IMG/VR virus record: IMGVR_UViG_3300020036_003099
Coordinates: 9,614-73,613 of that record
Source: a virus
Lineage: Duplodnaviria; Caudoviricetes
DNA: 64,000 nt
Strand: one strand, 5' to 3'
The notes under the pieces were generated by a model. It did not search any database and was not told the origin of the DNA. It saw nothing but the letters and a program-made list of their open reading frames with translations. The number at the start of each line of letters is the position of its first letter. Positions within the stretch are counted from its first letter, which is position 1. Shown here one piece after another: positions 27,987-37,481 of this stretch. The position numbers were made by a program, and so were the translations under genes.

Positions 27987-28874
27987 ATGTCGAACTTCAA
28001 GCCGTTAATCAAAATCAACGATGAGGTTATCCAATATAAAACCTGGAGGTTCCCTAGCGGGGAACTGGGGTTGGAGTTGGAACAAGACTACGATTTCAGG
28101 GGTGACATGCACTGGTACGCCGAAATTGTCACCAGTGAAGACCTGTTTATTCTGGAGTTGATCAGGACCATTATACCGACTGACGTAAAATCAGTCCAAT
28201 CTCTGCGCTTACCTTATCTCCCACACGGTAGACAGGATCGTAATACTACACCTAGAGCACCGTTCTCTCTAGACATCATTACTGACAGGCTCCAACGTTT
28301 GTATTTTGATCAGATAATTTTGACAACACCACACAGCAATGTTTCTGAATTGTCAATCACACACCCTGTCTCGGTCATCGTGCTAGATGTAGAAGAATGG
28401 GTCGCAGAACAGCTGTGCGATTTTAGCGGTAATGAAATAACCAACCAAACTTTGTTTGTAGCTCCTGATGCTGGCGCTGAGAAGCGTGTGTACGCTATGG
28501 CTAAACACTGCGGGGTACCAAATGTGATGACCTGTTTTAAGAAGAGAGATCCTGCTACAGGGGAAATTAAAGGTCTTTACGTCCCTGATGACTTTGAATA
28601 CTTTGGTAAGCACGTAGTCGTGATCGATGACATCTGTGATGGCGGAGCTACCTTCATTCATCTGGCAGAAGCCCTGAAGAAAAAGGGAATAGTGAGCGAA
28701 GCGAACGATAAGTCGTTATCTTTATTCGTGACCCACGGGATCTTCTCGAACGGTGCCAGGGATAAGCTTAAAGCTGCGGGTTATGATCGCGTGGAAGCTA
28801 GATACACGTTTATAGAGCAGAGGTTGGCTGCGTTGAGCGTAGCGAATGAAGAAAGGTTGAAGAACAATGGATAA
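27987..28874 (+). CDS. prs: Ribose-phosphate pyrophosphokinase-like protein (candidate NARP1 Adps)
   Basis: FPSGE, LPYLPHGRQDR, PHS, VAPDAGAEKR, KKRD, VIDDICDGGATF, LFVTHGIFS. Confidence 0.88.
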   Translation: MSNFKPLIKINDEVIQYKTWRFPSGELGLELEQDYDFRGDMHWYAEIVTSEDLFILELIRTIIPTDVKSVQSLRLPYLPHGRQDRNTTPRAPFSLDIITDRLQRLYFDQIILTTPHSNVSELSITHPVSVIVLDVEEWVAEQLCDFSGNEITNQTLFVAPDAGAEKRVYAMAKHCGVPNVMTCFKKRDPATGEIKGLYVPDDFEYFGKHVVVIDDICDGGATFIHLAEALKKKGIVSEANDKSLSLFVTHGIFSNGARDKLKAAGYDRVEARYTFIEQRLAALSVANEERLKNNG

Positions 28875-29103
28875 TTGGTGGTTACTAATCTCATACCTTG
28901 CAGTCGGTATTTTTTGGGTGTTATTTAGAGTTACGTCAAAAAGAAGTCAAGAAGGCTTGGTTGAGTTCAGGAAAACCACGGATCGCACAGAACAACAAGT
29001 GAACGAATTACTTGGTTTTGTGGTTATTCTTGGTATTCTGACTTGGCCTTTATCAATTATTACTTTTCTTTATAGAAATTTATTCACAGAAGATAAGGGA
29101 TAA
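28867..29103 (+). CDS. Small membrane protein
   Basis: Two TM segments; TWP motif. Confidence 0.55.
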   Translation: MDNWWLLISYLAVGIFWVLFRVTSKRSQEGLVEFRKTTDRTEQQVNELLGFVVILGILTWPLSIITFLYRNLFTEDKG

Positions 29104-29188
29104 GCTTAAAGATGATGTATATATTTTGAAATCCGAATTTAAATGTGCTACCAACAAAGAATTACCTGAAGGGTACGACGAGTAACTT

Positions 29189-29824
29189 ATGGGCTACATA
29201 TCTTCCATTCACGGATCGGGTCAATGGGTTACCTGTACCAACTGTCGAGGTAAGGGGTATACACAAGAAACAGACTACAATTTCGAAAAATGCGAAGTCT
29301 GTAACGGATACGGACGCGTTAAAAAAGCAGAAACAAAACCAACTTTAAAAGAGGAGACTATAACTATGAGCGGTACAAACTATTCCACAGCAGTCATGCT
29401 TTTCAATGAAGATATTAAAGCTATCAGTATCGTTTACGAACCTGACGTTGACGGTAAACCTAAACAACAAAGGTACACCTTTAAGACTCTCAATAAGGAT
29501 CTAAAGAAAGGTGATCTCGTGGTTATCCCCACAGATACCCGACACGGCTACACCGTGGTCCTCGTGGATGCTGTTGACGTGGAAGTTGACTTTGAGTCAT
29601 CTGTCCAACTCAAATGGATCGTGGATAAAGTCCACGTTGAAGGTTACCAAGAGATCCTGGCAAACGAAGCCAAGCTGGTGGATGTCATGAAGAAATCCGA
29701 AGTGCGTCATAAGAAAGAAGAGATCAAAGGAAAAGTCTTCAGCTTTGTTAAAGAGGAAGAAATTAAAGCTTTTGCTATCACACACGCCCCTGTAGTAACA
29801 GCGCTAGAATCTAAAGAGGAATAA
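29189..29824 (+). CDS. Hypothetical protein with N-terminal DnaJ-type CxxCxGxG zinc finger; strong internal start at 29366
   Basis: CTNCRGKG and CEVCNGYG; SD GAGGAG before the internal ATG. Confidence 0.6.
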   Translation: MGYISSIHGSGQWVTCTNCRGKGYTQETDYNFEKCEVCNGYGRVKKAETKPTLKEETITMSGTNYSTAVMLFNEDIKAISIVYEPDVDGKPKQQRYTFKTLNKDLKKGDLVVIPTDTRHGYTVVLVDAVDVEVDFESSVQLKWIVDKVHVEGYQEILANEAKLVDVMKKSEVRHKKEEIKGKVFSFVKEEEIKAFAITHAPVVTALESKEE

Positions 29825-30150
29825 AGTTTACCGAGGCGATGCTGTGATCTGGTGCCTGAGACCTCACAGAAGCAGCACCCAACAAAGGCTACTCGCATTC
29901 GCTCCTAGCCTTTCTTCGCTTCGCTCAGAAAGAAGATCCAAGGATAAGTTTATCGTGAGGTTTAAAGGGCGTAGAGCCGCTTATCCCGAAATCTTCCTAA
30001 CCGAAAGTAACGCGTAAATGCCTATTTGTTCACGCTGCTGCAATAAACTGGTAAAGCGTAAATCTGATAAGTCTTACTATTGTCGTAGACATGGTTGGAT
30101 AAAAGAAATTAAACCGGAACCACTAACGTATTTAACGGAAGGCCAGACTT

Positions 30151-31608
30151 ATGACACACAACCTCCTCTTGATGACAGACGTATACAAGTTCGACCATGC
30201 AGCGCAATACCCAAAAGGCACCAACAAAATCTACTCTTATTTCTGCGCGAGAAAGGCGAGTGAAGAATATGGCTCTGAAACAGTTTTCTTTGGTCTTCAA
30301 TACTACCTTAAGAAATACCTCTCTAAACCTGTAACAAAGGAAAACGTAGATGAATTCAAAGATGTATGTGATTCTATCCTTGGCCCTGGTGCTGTCGATT
30401 ATAACCGCTTCTATGCTTTGGCTGAACTTGGCTACTTGCCACTTAAAATTAAAGCCGTACGAGAAGGCGAAATCGTTGGTATCAAAAACGCTCTTTTCAC
30501 ATTAACCAACACTCACCCAGATTTCTACTGGCTCGTTAACTACATCGAAACCTTGCTTTTAAAAGTTTGGTACCCGATGACGGTAGCGACTATCTCTCAC
30601 TCTTACAGAAAGCTGTGCTCGGACTATGCTGATAGAACCTGTGATGATAAAACACAACTACCTTTTCAAATACACGACTTCGGCTACAGAGCTGTTTCGT
30701 CTGAAGAATCAGCAGGGCTTGGCGGTGCTGCACACTTGCTCAATTTCATGGGGACAGACACTACCGCAGGAATTACCTTTTTGCGTGACTACTATTCTGG
30801 ACAATATCCAATTGGGTTGTCCGTTCCGGCCAGCGAACACTCCGTGATGTGTGCTCACAGCCCTGACAGTCACGATTACCTGGCTATTGAGAACATGCTC
30901 AAGCAATACCCCAAAGGCATCGTGTCGATTGTCTCTGATACGTTTGATCTTTGGAGAGCTGTGGACTGGTACTGCAACGAATTGAAAGATGACATCCTAG
31001 CCAGGGAAGGTAAAGTCGTTATCCGCCCTGACTCAGGCGACCCCGAGAAGATCTTTCTAGGCAACCCTGAAGCCGGTAACGAAATGGAACGTGACGGTCT
31101 CATAGAAACCCTTTGGAAACATTTTGGAGGTACCACAAATGCAAAAGGCTTTAAAGTCCTCGATCAAAGGATCGGTGCGATTTACGGAGATGCTATTTAC
31201 TTTGCGAGAGCTAGAAGAATCTTTGCAGGTCTTGCAGAAAAAGGCTTTGCTTCTTCAAACGTTGTCTTCGGTATTGGGGGTATCCTTTTACAGTGCTGCA
31301 CGAGGGATACCTATGGGTGTTCTCTTAAAGCGACTTACGCAGAGGTCGAAGGCGTTCCACGAGCGATTATGAAGGCCCCTAAAACGGATGCTGCCAAGAA
31401 TAGCCATAAGGGGCCCCTAAGGCTCAATATGAGCTATACAATGGACCCAGATAAAGACGGAGCTATCCCTGGTTCTGTTGATTACATCACGCAGCAAGAA
31501 CAAACTTGGGGGCAAGAATCTACAGGGTTTTTACAAACCGTTTACGAAGACGGTAAGTTAATTGAAGATATAACTTTAGAGGAACTCCGTAAAAAGCTTA
31601 TGGTTTAA
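30151..31608 (+). CDS. nadV: Nicotinamide phosphoribosyltransferase-like protein (candidate NARP1 Namat)
   Basis: LMTDVYKFDH, FFGLQY, HDFGYR, FMGTDT, SVPASEHSVM, SIVSDTFD, VIRPDSGD, IYGDAI, FGIGG, RDTYG. Confidence 0.92.
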   Translation: MTHNLLLMTDVYKFDHAAQYPKGTNKIYSYFCARKASEEYGSETVFFGLQYYLKKYLSKPVTKENVDEFKDVCDSILGPGAVDYNRFYALAELGYLPLKIKAVREGEIVGIKNALFTLTNTHPDFYWLVNYIETLLLKVWYPMTVATISHSYRKLCSDYADRTCDDKTQLPFQIHDFGYRAVSSEESAGLGGAAHLLNFMGTDTTAGITFLRDYYSGQYPIGLSVPASEHSVMCAHSPDSHDYLAIENMLKQYPKGIVSIVSDTFDLWRAVDWYCNELKDDILAREGKVVIRPDSGDPEKIFLGNPEAGNEMERDGLIETLWKHFGGTTNAKGFKVLDQRIGAIYGDAIYFARARRIFAGLAEKGFASSNVVFGIGGILLQCCTRDTYGCSLKATYAEVEGVPRAIMKAPKTDAAKNSHKGPLRLNMSYTMDPDKDGAIPGSVDYITQQEQTWGQESTGFLQTVYEDGKLIEDITLEELRKKLMV

Positions 31609-31691
31609 ACAAGGTTAATTTTAGAATGGGTAAAATTTGAACAAAACGTAGCAACGCCAGGAAGAAATTACTCAAAATCAGAGATGCAAAA

Positions 31692-32132
31692 GTGTTAGAA
31701 CAAGGCAACCGTTGCTACTGGTGTACGATAGATTTCGACACTGATAACCCACCTACTACAGAGCATCTTTCACCTTTAGGTCAAGGTGGAAGTGTAAAAC
31801 ATCCCGATAACATCGTAGCGGCCTGTCTTTACTGCAACTCTATGCGAAATACTGTCGGCTGCTACAACTGGAAAAGGCACATACACGAATGGCGAAAAAC
31901 ACTTGGTTCATCTCAGACACTCACTTCAGCCACGCCAACATCATTGTCTTTGAGCATGAAGGCAAGCGTATCCGTCCTTTTCAAACGATTGAGGAACACG
32001 ATGAATTACTTGTGGAAAATTGGAACAAACTTATTAAGCCCTCAGACCGCGTATATCATCTCGGAGATGTCGTCATCAACAGAAAAGCCCTACCCATCCT
32101 CAACAGACTTAACGGGAAAAAGAAACTCATAA
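31692..32132 (+). CDS. HNH endonuclease
   Basis: CYWC...TTEHLSPLGQGG...NIVAACLYCN; 3' end overlaps the next gene. Confidence 0.8.
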   Translation: MLEQGNRCYWCTIDFDTDNPPTTEHLSPLGQGGSVKHPDNIVAACLYCNSMRNTVGCYNWKRHIHEWRKTLGSSQTLTSATPTSLSLSMKASVSVLFKRLRNTMNYLWKIGTNLLSPQTAYIISEMSSSTEKPYPSSTDLTGKRNS

Positions 32133-32437
32133 AGGGAAATCATGATATATTCAAGCTGGCAGACTACGCACCTTACTTTGAAGACATACTTGCTTATCGC
32201 ATTTATCCAAGCCATGGTGTCATTTGTAGTCACATACCTATACATCCTTGTCATTTAAAATCCCGTTGGAGGCGAAATGTCCATGGACATCTGCACCAGA
32301 ATCTGGTAAACCTAGATTACATTGGGCCTGAATACGGTGACTTCGACAATTCGCCAGACTTTAGGTACGTTAACATTTGCGTAGAACACACTAACTGGAA
32401 ACCGGTACATTTTGACGAGGTTATAAGTAATGGTTGA
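31889..32437 (+). CDS. Calcineurin-like metallophosphoesterase
   Basis: ISDTH, HLGD, KGNHD, SHIP, HGHLH. Confidence 0.9.
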   Translation: MAKNTWFISDTHFSHANIIVFEHEGKRIRPFQTIEEHDELLVENWNKLIKPSDRVYHLGDVVINRKALPILNRLNGKKKLIKGNHDIFKLADYAPYFEDILAYRIYPSHGVICSHIPIHPCHLKSRWRRNVHGHLHQNLVNLDYIGPEYGDFDNSPDFRYVNICVEHTNWKPVHFDEVISNG

Positions 32438-32557
32438 AAGACAAACTGTAGTTACGAAAGACGGTTACGAACTTTGGCAAGCCGATCCTGGCTGTGAACA
32501 TGTGATTATAGATCAGTTTTATTCAGGTGGCGGGTACGCTTGTAAACTCTGTGGAGG

Positions 32558-32971
32558 ATGGCTTTGTCTATGAAAAAACTGATCTATAACGCCATAAGAA
32601 CCCCTGATGGTACCGTGCTGGAATCCAGGCACGTTCACGATTACAGAACTCATGTGGATGCCAACGGAGAAACCTACATGGTTGACGGTGGTCTAAATTA
32701 CACGCGCAGGATTATTAACAAGGTACCTTACGAGGAGCTGTCGCTTTATGACGATGCTCCGCATGAAGTCCAACGCGAAGTGATGACTTGGGGAACGTAT
32801 GGTATTGACGGTAAACAACCTATTCGTTACGTCAAAATAAAAAATATGTCCACGGCACACATTGAAAATGTTTTAAAGAATTGCACCCCCATTGCTCACG
32901 TTTACCTTTTTGCGTTTCACAAGGAATTAAAGTTAAGAGATTCAGGAGAATACCCACATGTTAATGATTAA
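32558..32971 (+). CDS. Conserved phage hypothetical protein
   Basis: NAIRTPDGTVLESRHVHDY...MVDGGLNY...WGTYG. Confidence 0.7.
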   Translation: MALSMKKLIYNAIRTPDGTVLESRHVHDYRTHVDANGETYMVDGGLNYTRRIINKVPYEELSLYDDAPHEVQREVMTWGTYGIDGKQPIRYVKIKNMSTAHIENVLKNCTPIAHVYLFAFHKELKLRDSGEYPHVND

Positions 32972-33347
32972 ACAGCATCGTATCTACCGTGTAGACTTGA
33001 AGAACAACCCTAATGTTCTGTACCTCTTTGGCGATAACCTGGCTAGGACTGGCTTTGGAGGTCAAGCCGCTGAAATGCGCGGGGAGCCCAATGCCCACGG
33101 GTTTGCCACAAAGGTTTCCCCTGGTCACAACGTTGAAGACCTCGTTTTTGACGGTAACATTTTACATAAAGCTGTTATAGATGCAGAGCTATTTTCGTTA
33201 AAGAAAAGACTTGACGAGTGCGCTTGGGATGCTGTAGTTTGGCCCCTAGACGGTATCGGTACAGGCTTGGCCGCTATGCAAGATAACGCACCTATCCTCC
33301 TTAAATACCTTACAGATCAAATCTTCAACCTCATTGCTGAGGCGTAA
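32958..33347 (+). CDS. Macro-domain-like hypothetical protein
   Basis: LFGDNLARTGFGGQA...PNAHGFATK...WPLDGIGTGLA resembles the two ADP-ribose-binding loops of the macro fold. Confidence 0.5.
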   Translation: MLMIKQHRIYRVDLKNNPNVLYLFGDNLARTGFGGQAAEMRGEPNAHGFATKVSPGHNVEDLVFDGNILHKAVIDAELFSLKKRLDECAWDAVVWPLDGIGTGLAAMQDNAPILLKYLTDQIFNLIAEA

Positions 33348-33364
33348 AAAAGACCCCTTTCAGT

Positions 33365-35155
33365 TTGTCTAATTACGTAGCCCAAAGACTACCCTGTGAT
33401 GCCTGTGGGTCCTCAGATGGTCGTGTTCTCAATCTGGACAACACACAGCATTGTTTCGTCTGCAACAAAACCTTTTTCCCTGATAACAAATCAGGATCTG
33501 TAAAAGAGTCTCATACACAATTGACGAAAGAACAAAAAGCCCTGGAAATAGGCGGCTATCATACATCTTTAAATTTAACCGGACACCCTTTAGCTGACCG
33601 TAAGATATCTAAAAAAACTTGCGAATTCTTTGATGTGAAGGTACGCGATGGTTTGGATGACGAATCCAATAAAGTGCCGGTTACTTCCATCGTACTTCCC
33701 TATTACAACGATAAGAAAGAGCTGGTTGCTCAAAAGATACGCACCGTAGACTCCCCTAAGGGCTACTGGGTGGGTGACGCTCAAGGTTGTACTTTATTCG
33801 GTATGAACAAGTTTCCTAACGGGGATAAGATCACGATCTGTGAAGGGGAACTTGACGCGTTGGCCTACAGGGACCTTATGGGGGATTATCCCGTAGTTTC
33901 CATTAAGAATGGTGCTGGGGCAGCTGCCAGGGACATCCGTAAGAATCTCGATTACTTCGAGAAATTTAATCACATCTATATTTGTTTTGATGCTGATCAA
34001 CCTGGACGCGAAGCTGCTAAACAGGTGGCTGAGATCTTCCCAGCAGGAAAAACAAAGATCGTCAACCTTAGGCACGCTAAGGACGCTAACGAGTACCTTC
34101 AAAAGGGTTTGTACAACGAGTTTAAGAAATCCTGGTGGGATGCAGAACCCTTTAAGCCCGAAGGTATTGTCTTTGGGACGCAGCTCCTAGAGCGTATTAA
34201 ACGTAAGCTGGATGACCGTAAAGCACAGAACGGTGTTGTTTATCCCTTTAAGCTTCTCAACAAGTATACCTACGGGATTCGTACGGGAGAGATGGTTACG
34301 CTCGTCTCCGGCACCGGTATGGGAAAAAGTTCTATCCTAGCCGAAGTTATGTTCCACATTCTAAAAACCGTTGATAACTCAAAGATCGGCGTGATGATGC
34401 TCGAAGAGTCGGTAGAGATGGCAAACCTGCGGCTTATGTCCATACAAGCCAACAAACCTCTTCACCTTCCCGACACAGTGTACTCAGACAGAGAGTTGGA
34501 ACAATATGCGGCTCAAACCATCCACCTTCTCGACGATGACAATGATCCCCGCGTTATCTCTTTTGACCACTTCGGGTCTAACTCCGTTGACACTATTATT
34601 TCCAAAGTCGATTACATGGCAGCGCTTGGATGTAAATACATTTTCCTTGACCACATTTCCATACTTGTTTCTGATCAATCTAACGGGGACGAACGTAAAG
34701 CTCTTGATGAAATCGCTACAAAGTTACGCACAAAGATCCAAGAACGCGACATTTGTCTTTTCCTTGTGTCGCACCTTAGAAGACCTGGGGGCAAACCGCA
34801 CGAGGAAGGTGGAGAAACTTCTTTGGCCGACATTAGGGGTACTGCTGGGATTGGACAACTTTCTGACATTGTGCTCGGATTTGAACGAAACCAACAGCAC
34901 CCTAACGAATATCTTCGGGCCATCACCAAAATTCGCGTGCTCAAGAATCGGTTTTGCGGACTTACCGGCCTCACTTCCTATGTGGCCTACGACAAAGTAA
35001 CAGGTCGTATCGAAGAAGTTGATCCTCTAGAAGTCGAAGCCTTAGAGCAATCTGGCGGCACTGTGAGTGAATTTCAAACAGAAGAGAACGTGTTTGATAC
35101 CCCCATCTTTGACACTACTGCCTTTGCTACCGATAAACTATCGCAGGTGGCCTAA
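33365..35155 (+). CDS. T7 gp4-type primase/helicase
   Basis: Zn finger CDAC...CFVC, TOPRIM ICEGELD and FDAD, Walker A GTGMGKS, FLDHI, SHL, DIRG, LKNRFCG. Confidence 0.95.
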   Translation: MSNYVAQRLPCDACGSSDGRVLNLDNTQHCFVCNKTFFPDNKSGSVKESHTQLTKEQKALEIGGYHTSLNLTGHPLADRKISKKTCEFFDVKVRDGLDDESNKVPVTSIVLPYYNDKKELVAQKIRTVDSPKGYWVGDAQGCTLFGMNKFPNGDKITICEGELDALAYRDLMGDYPVVSIKNGAGAAARDIRKNLDYFEKFNHIYICFDADQPGREAAKQVAEIFPAGKTKIVNLRHAKDANEYLQKGLYNEFKKSWWDAEPFKPEGIVFGTQLLERIKRKLDDRKAQNGVVYPFKLLNKYTYGIRTGEMVTLVSGTGMGKSSILAEVMFHILKTVDNSKIGVMMLEESVEMANLRLMSIQANKPLHLPDTVYSDRELEQYAAQTIHLLDDDNDPRVISFDHFGSNSVDTIISKVDYMAALGCKYIFLDHISILVSDQSNGDERKALDEIATKLRTKIQERDICLFLVSHLRRPGGKPHEEGGETSLADIRGTAGIGQLSDIVLGFERNQQHPNEYLRAITKIRVLKNRFCGLTGLTSYVAYDKVTGRIEEVDPLEVEALEQSGGTVSEFQTEENVFDTPIFDTTAFATDKLSQVA

Positions 35156-37239
35156 TGAGAGATTATGGGCGTATCGTCGTATTAGACACAGAGTACGATA
35201 ATATCAACGCGTATAACGCCACGAAAATGTGGTGTGCGACTGCTATTGATTACCGTATAGGGCAACAATTCAAGTTTCACCCCGAGAAAGAAGGCGGTGA
35301 TCAGTTCCACGATCAGTTCGGGGATAAACTTGTAGAGTTCCTTAAGGGTTACGATACGTATGTAGGTCATAACCTACACGGTGCCGAAGCGGTTGTCCTT
35401 AGGAAACTCCTAGGCTTCGAGCTGGACCCTGATAAATGTATAGATACTTTGGTTTGGTCCCGCTTGCTTCGTCCTGTGAGCCCCTTTGGGGAACTCTACG
35501 ATGATTTCAAACGGAACGGCTGGGATAACCGCCATGGAGGTCACTCGTTACGTGCCTGGGGTAACCGTTTGGGTTTTCCCAAGTTGGAGTTCGACAACTT
35601 CTCTGAGTTCACCTTTGAGCAGTTGGAATACTGTATGAATGACAGCTTTGTAAACGTCAAGATCCTGGATGAATTGTTTAAAGAGAAACGCTGCTTCGGT
35701 TTTAGTGACGAATGTTTTGACACAGAGAACTGGGCGCACCACTGGTTTATGCAGCAAGTGGAAAACGGTTTTACGTTGAACGTAGACCGCGCCACAAAGC
35801 TGGCTAAGGAAACCGATGTTCTTTTAGAGCATTACACACACGAACTCCAAAAGGTTTTCCCTGAGCAAAAGGTTTTTGTCAAGGAATACACCGGAAAGAA
35901 ACTTAAAGGTACTGAAGAATTAAACGCTACATCCAAAAAGTATTTACTTTCTCACTTACACGAAGAACACCCAGAGAAACCGGGGGTGTACAACATCTAT
36001 CGCATGGAGACGTTTAATCCCGATAGTCCCGCGCAGGTAGCCCAAAGGCTTATCCAGGCTGGTTGGAAGCCTCGTAAGTACACCGAGACAGGACAAGCTT
36101 CTACAGCCAAAGATGTCATAGGTGAAGCCATTGAACAGCTTGCTGATGAAATCCCTGAAGTGGCTGTACTGCATAAATACAATATTGTTGTGGATAAAAA
36201 TCAAAAAGCAAAAAAATGGTTGACTCTAATTGACGAAAACAATAAGGTACATGGAGGCATTTCACACATAGGTCCTTGGACCCACAGATGCTCACACTAC
36301 CAAGAAAACATGGCAAATGTAACGAAAGTTCGTTTGGACAATCTAGGAAAACCCATAGAGGGCCTAGAGGGTAACTTTGGTTGGGACAGCAGACACTGTT
36401 GGGTCCCCCGTAAAGGTTGGAAATTAGTTGGTTATGACGCTTCCGGTATTCAACTCCGCGCTTTATCCCATTACATGGCTGATCAAGACTACATTCACCA
36501 GGTTTGTGAAGGTGATGTGCATACCGTTAACCAGCTTGCTGCTGGTATTAAGGATCGTCCCACGGCTAAGACCTTTATCTACGCCTGGTTACTGGGAGCA
36601 GGTGACGAGAAGATTGGTCAAGTCGTTGGTTGTGAAGAGAGTGAATACGAAGATCTCTTTAACAAAGCCAGAGTAACAGCTAGATTTAATCGCTTTAGAC
36701 CCCACCAAAGGGGTCACGGTAACAAGCAGATCATGGATAAGTATGATACCCTTCTATTCTATACTGCTGATAAGCTTCGTAATGAAGGTCGCTCTGCTGA
36801 TCGTGATATTGTTGCGAGAATCCTTAAGGGGCATTACGTTAAAGCCAAGTTCCTTGATGCACTACCAGCTCTTCGTCGTTTTAAAGATGAAGACATTAAG
36901 AAAGCTGCAAGAGATGGTTTCATGATTGGTTTGGATGGTCGCAAGATTTGGGTTCCTTCTGAGCATCTTGCTATGGGCGCGTACTTACAGGGTTTCGAAG
37001 CGGTTGTCATGAAGAAAGCCATGGATATCTCTTCTAAAGAACTAAAAGCTAAAGGCATACCATTTGGTCAATGCGCTCATATTCATGACGAAGCCCAAAT
37101 GGAAACCCCTGAGGAATGCGCTGAGGAACTCGGTAAAACCTGTGTTTGGGGAATTCAAGAAGCCGGTAAGATACTTGGATCACTTTGTCCCCTTACAGGG
37201 GAGTATCGCGTGGGGGATTCATGGGGACTGACGCATTAA
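35155..37239 (+). CDS. polA: T7-type family A DNA polymerase with 3'-5' exonuclease domain
   Basis: ExoI DTE, ExoIII YCMND, motif A DASGIQLR, motif B RPTAKTFIY, motif C HDE. Confidence 0.95.
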   Translation: MRDYGRIVVLDTEYDNINAYNATKMWCATAIDYRIGQQFKFHPEKEGGDQFHDQFGDKLVEFLKGYDTYVGHNLHGAEAVVLRKLLGFELDPDKCIDTLVWSRLLRPVSPFGELYDDFKRNGWDNRHGGHSLRAWGNRLGFPKLEFDNFSEFTFEQLEYCMNDSFVNVKILDELFKEKRCFGFSDECFDTENWAHHWFMQQVENGFTLNVDRATKLAKETDVLLEHYTHELQKVFPEQKVFVKEYTGKKLKGTEELNATSKKYLLSHLHEEHPEKPGVYNIYRMETFNPDSPAQVAQRLIQAGWKPRKYTETGQASTAKDVIGEAIEQLADEIPEVAVLHKYNIVVDKNQKAKKWLTLIDENNKVHGGISHIGPWTHRCSHYQENMANVTKVRLDNLGKPIEGLEGNFGWDSRHCWVPRKGWKLVGYDASGIQLRALSHYMADQDYIHQVCEGDVHTVNQLAAGIKDRPTAKTFIYAWLLGAGDEKIGQVVGCEESEYEDLFNKARVTARFNRFRPHQRGHGNKQIMDKYDTLLFYTADKLRNEGRSADRDIVARILKGHYVKAKFLDALPALRRFKDEDIKKAARDGFMIGLDGRKIWVPSEHLAMGAYLQGFEAVVMKKAMDISSKELKAKGIPFGQCAHIHDEAQMETPEECAEELGKTCVWGIQEAGKILGSLCPLTGEYRVGDSWGLTH

Positions 37240-37481
37240 AAATTAAGTTAGCTAAAAAGCTTTTAGAATTTAACTTTTTTATCAGACGTTTAGCTTATGT
37301 GCTCGACCCAGAACAGACGCAATCAGTGTTTAGTTTTTATTTCGACCCAGAAAAAGACAAAGTTAGATTTGTGCATAAAGCTTTGAACGACTCTGTGTAC
37401 GATAACTTTGGCATTCATTGGGCTGATTGGGTAGAAATTATTGCAGAAATGCAAAGTAGAAGAGATAACAAAATTGTTTAA
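37185..37481 (+). CDS. Hypothetical protein
   Basis: ORF between PolA and the RNA ligase. Confidence 0.45.
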   Translation: MSPYRGVSRGGFMGTDALKIKLAKKLLEFNFFIRRLAYVLDPEQTQSVFSFYFDPEKDKVRFVHKALNDSVYDNFGIHWADWVEIIAEMQSRRDNKIV

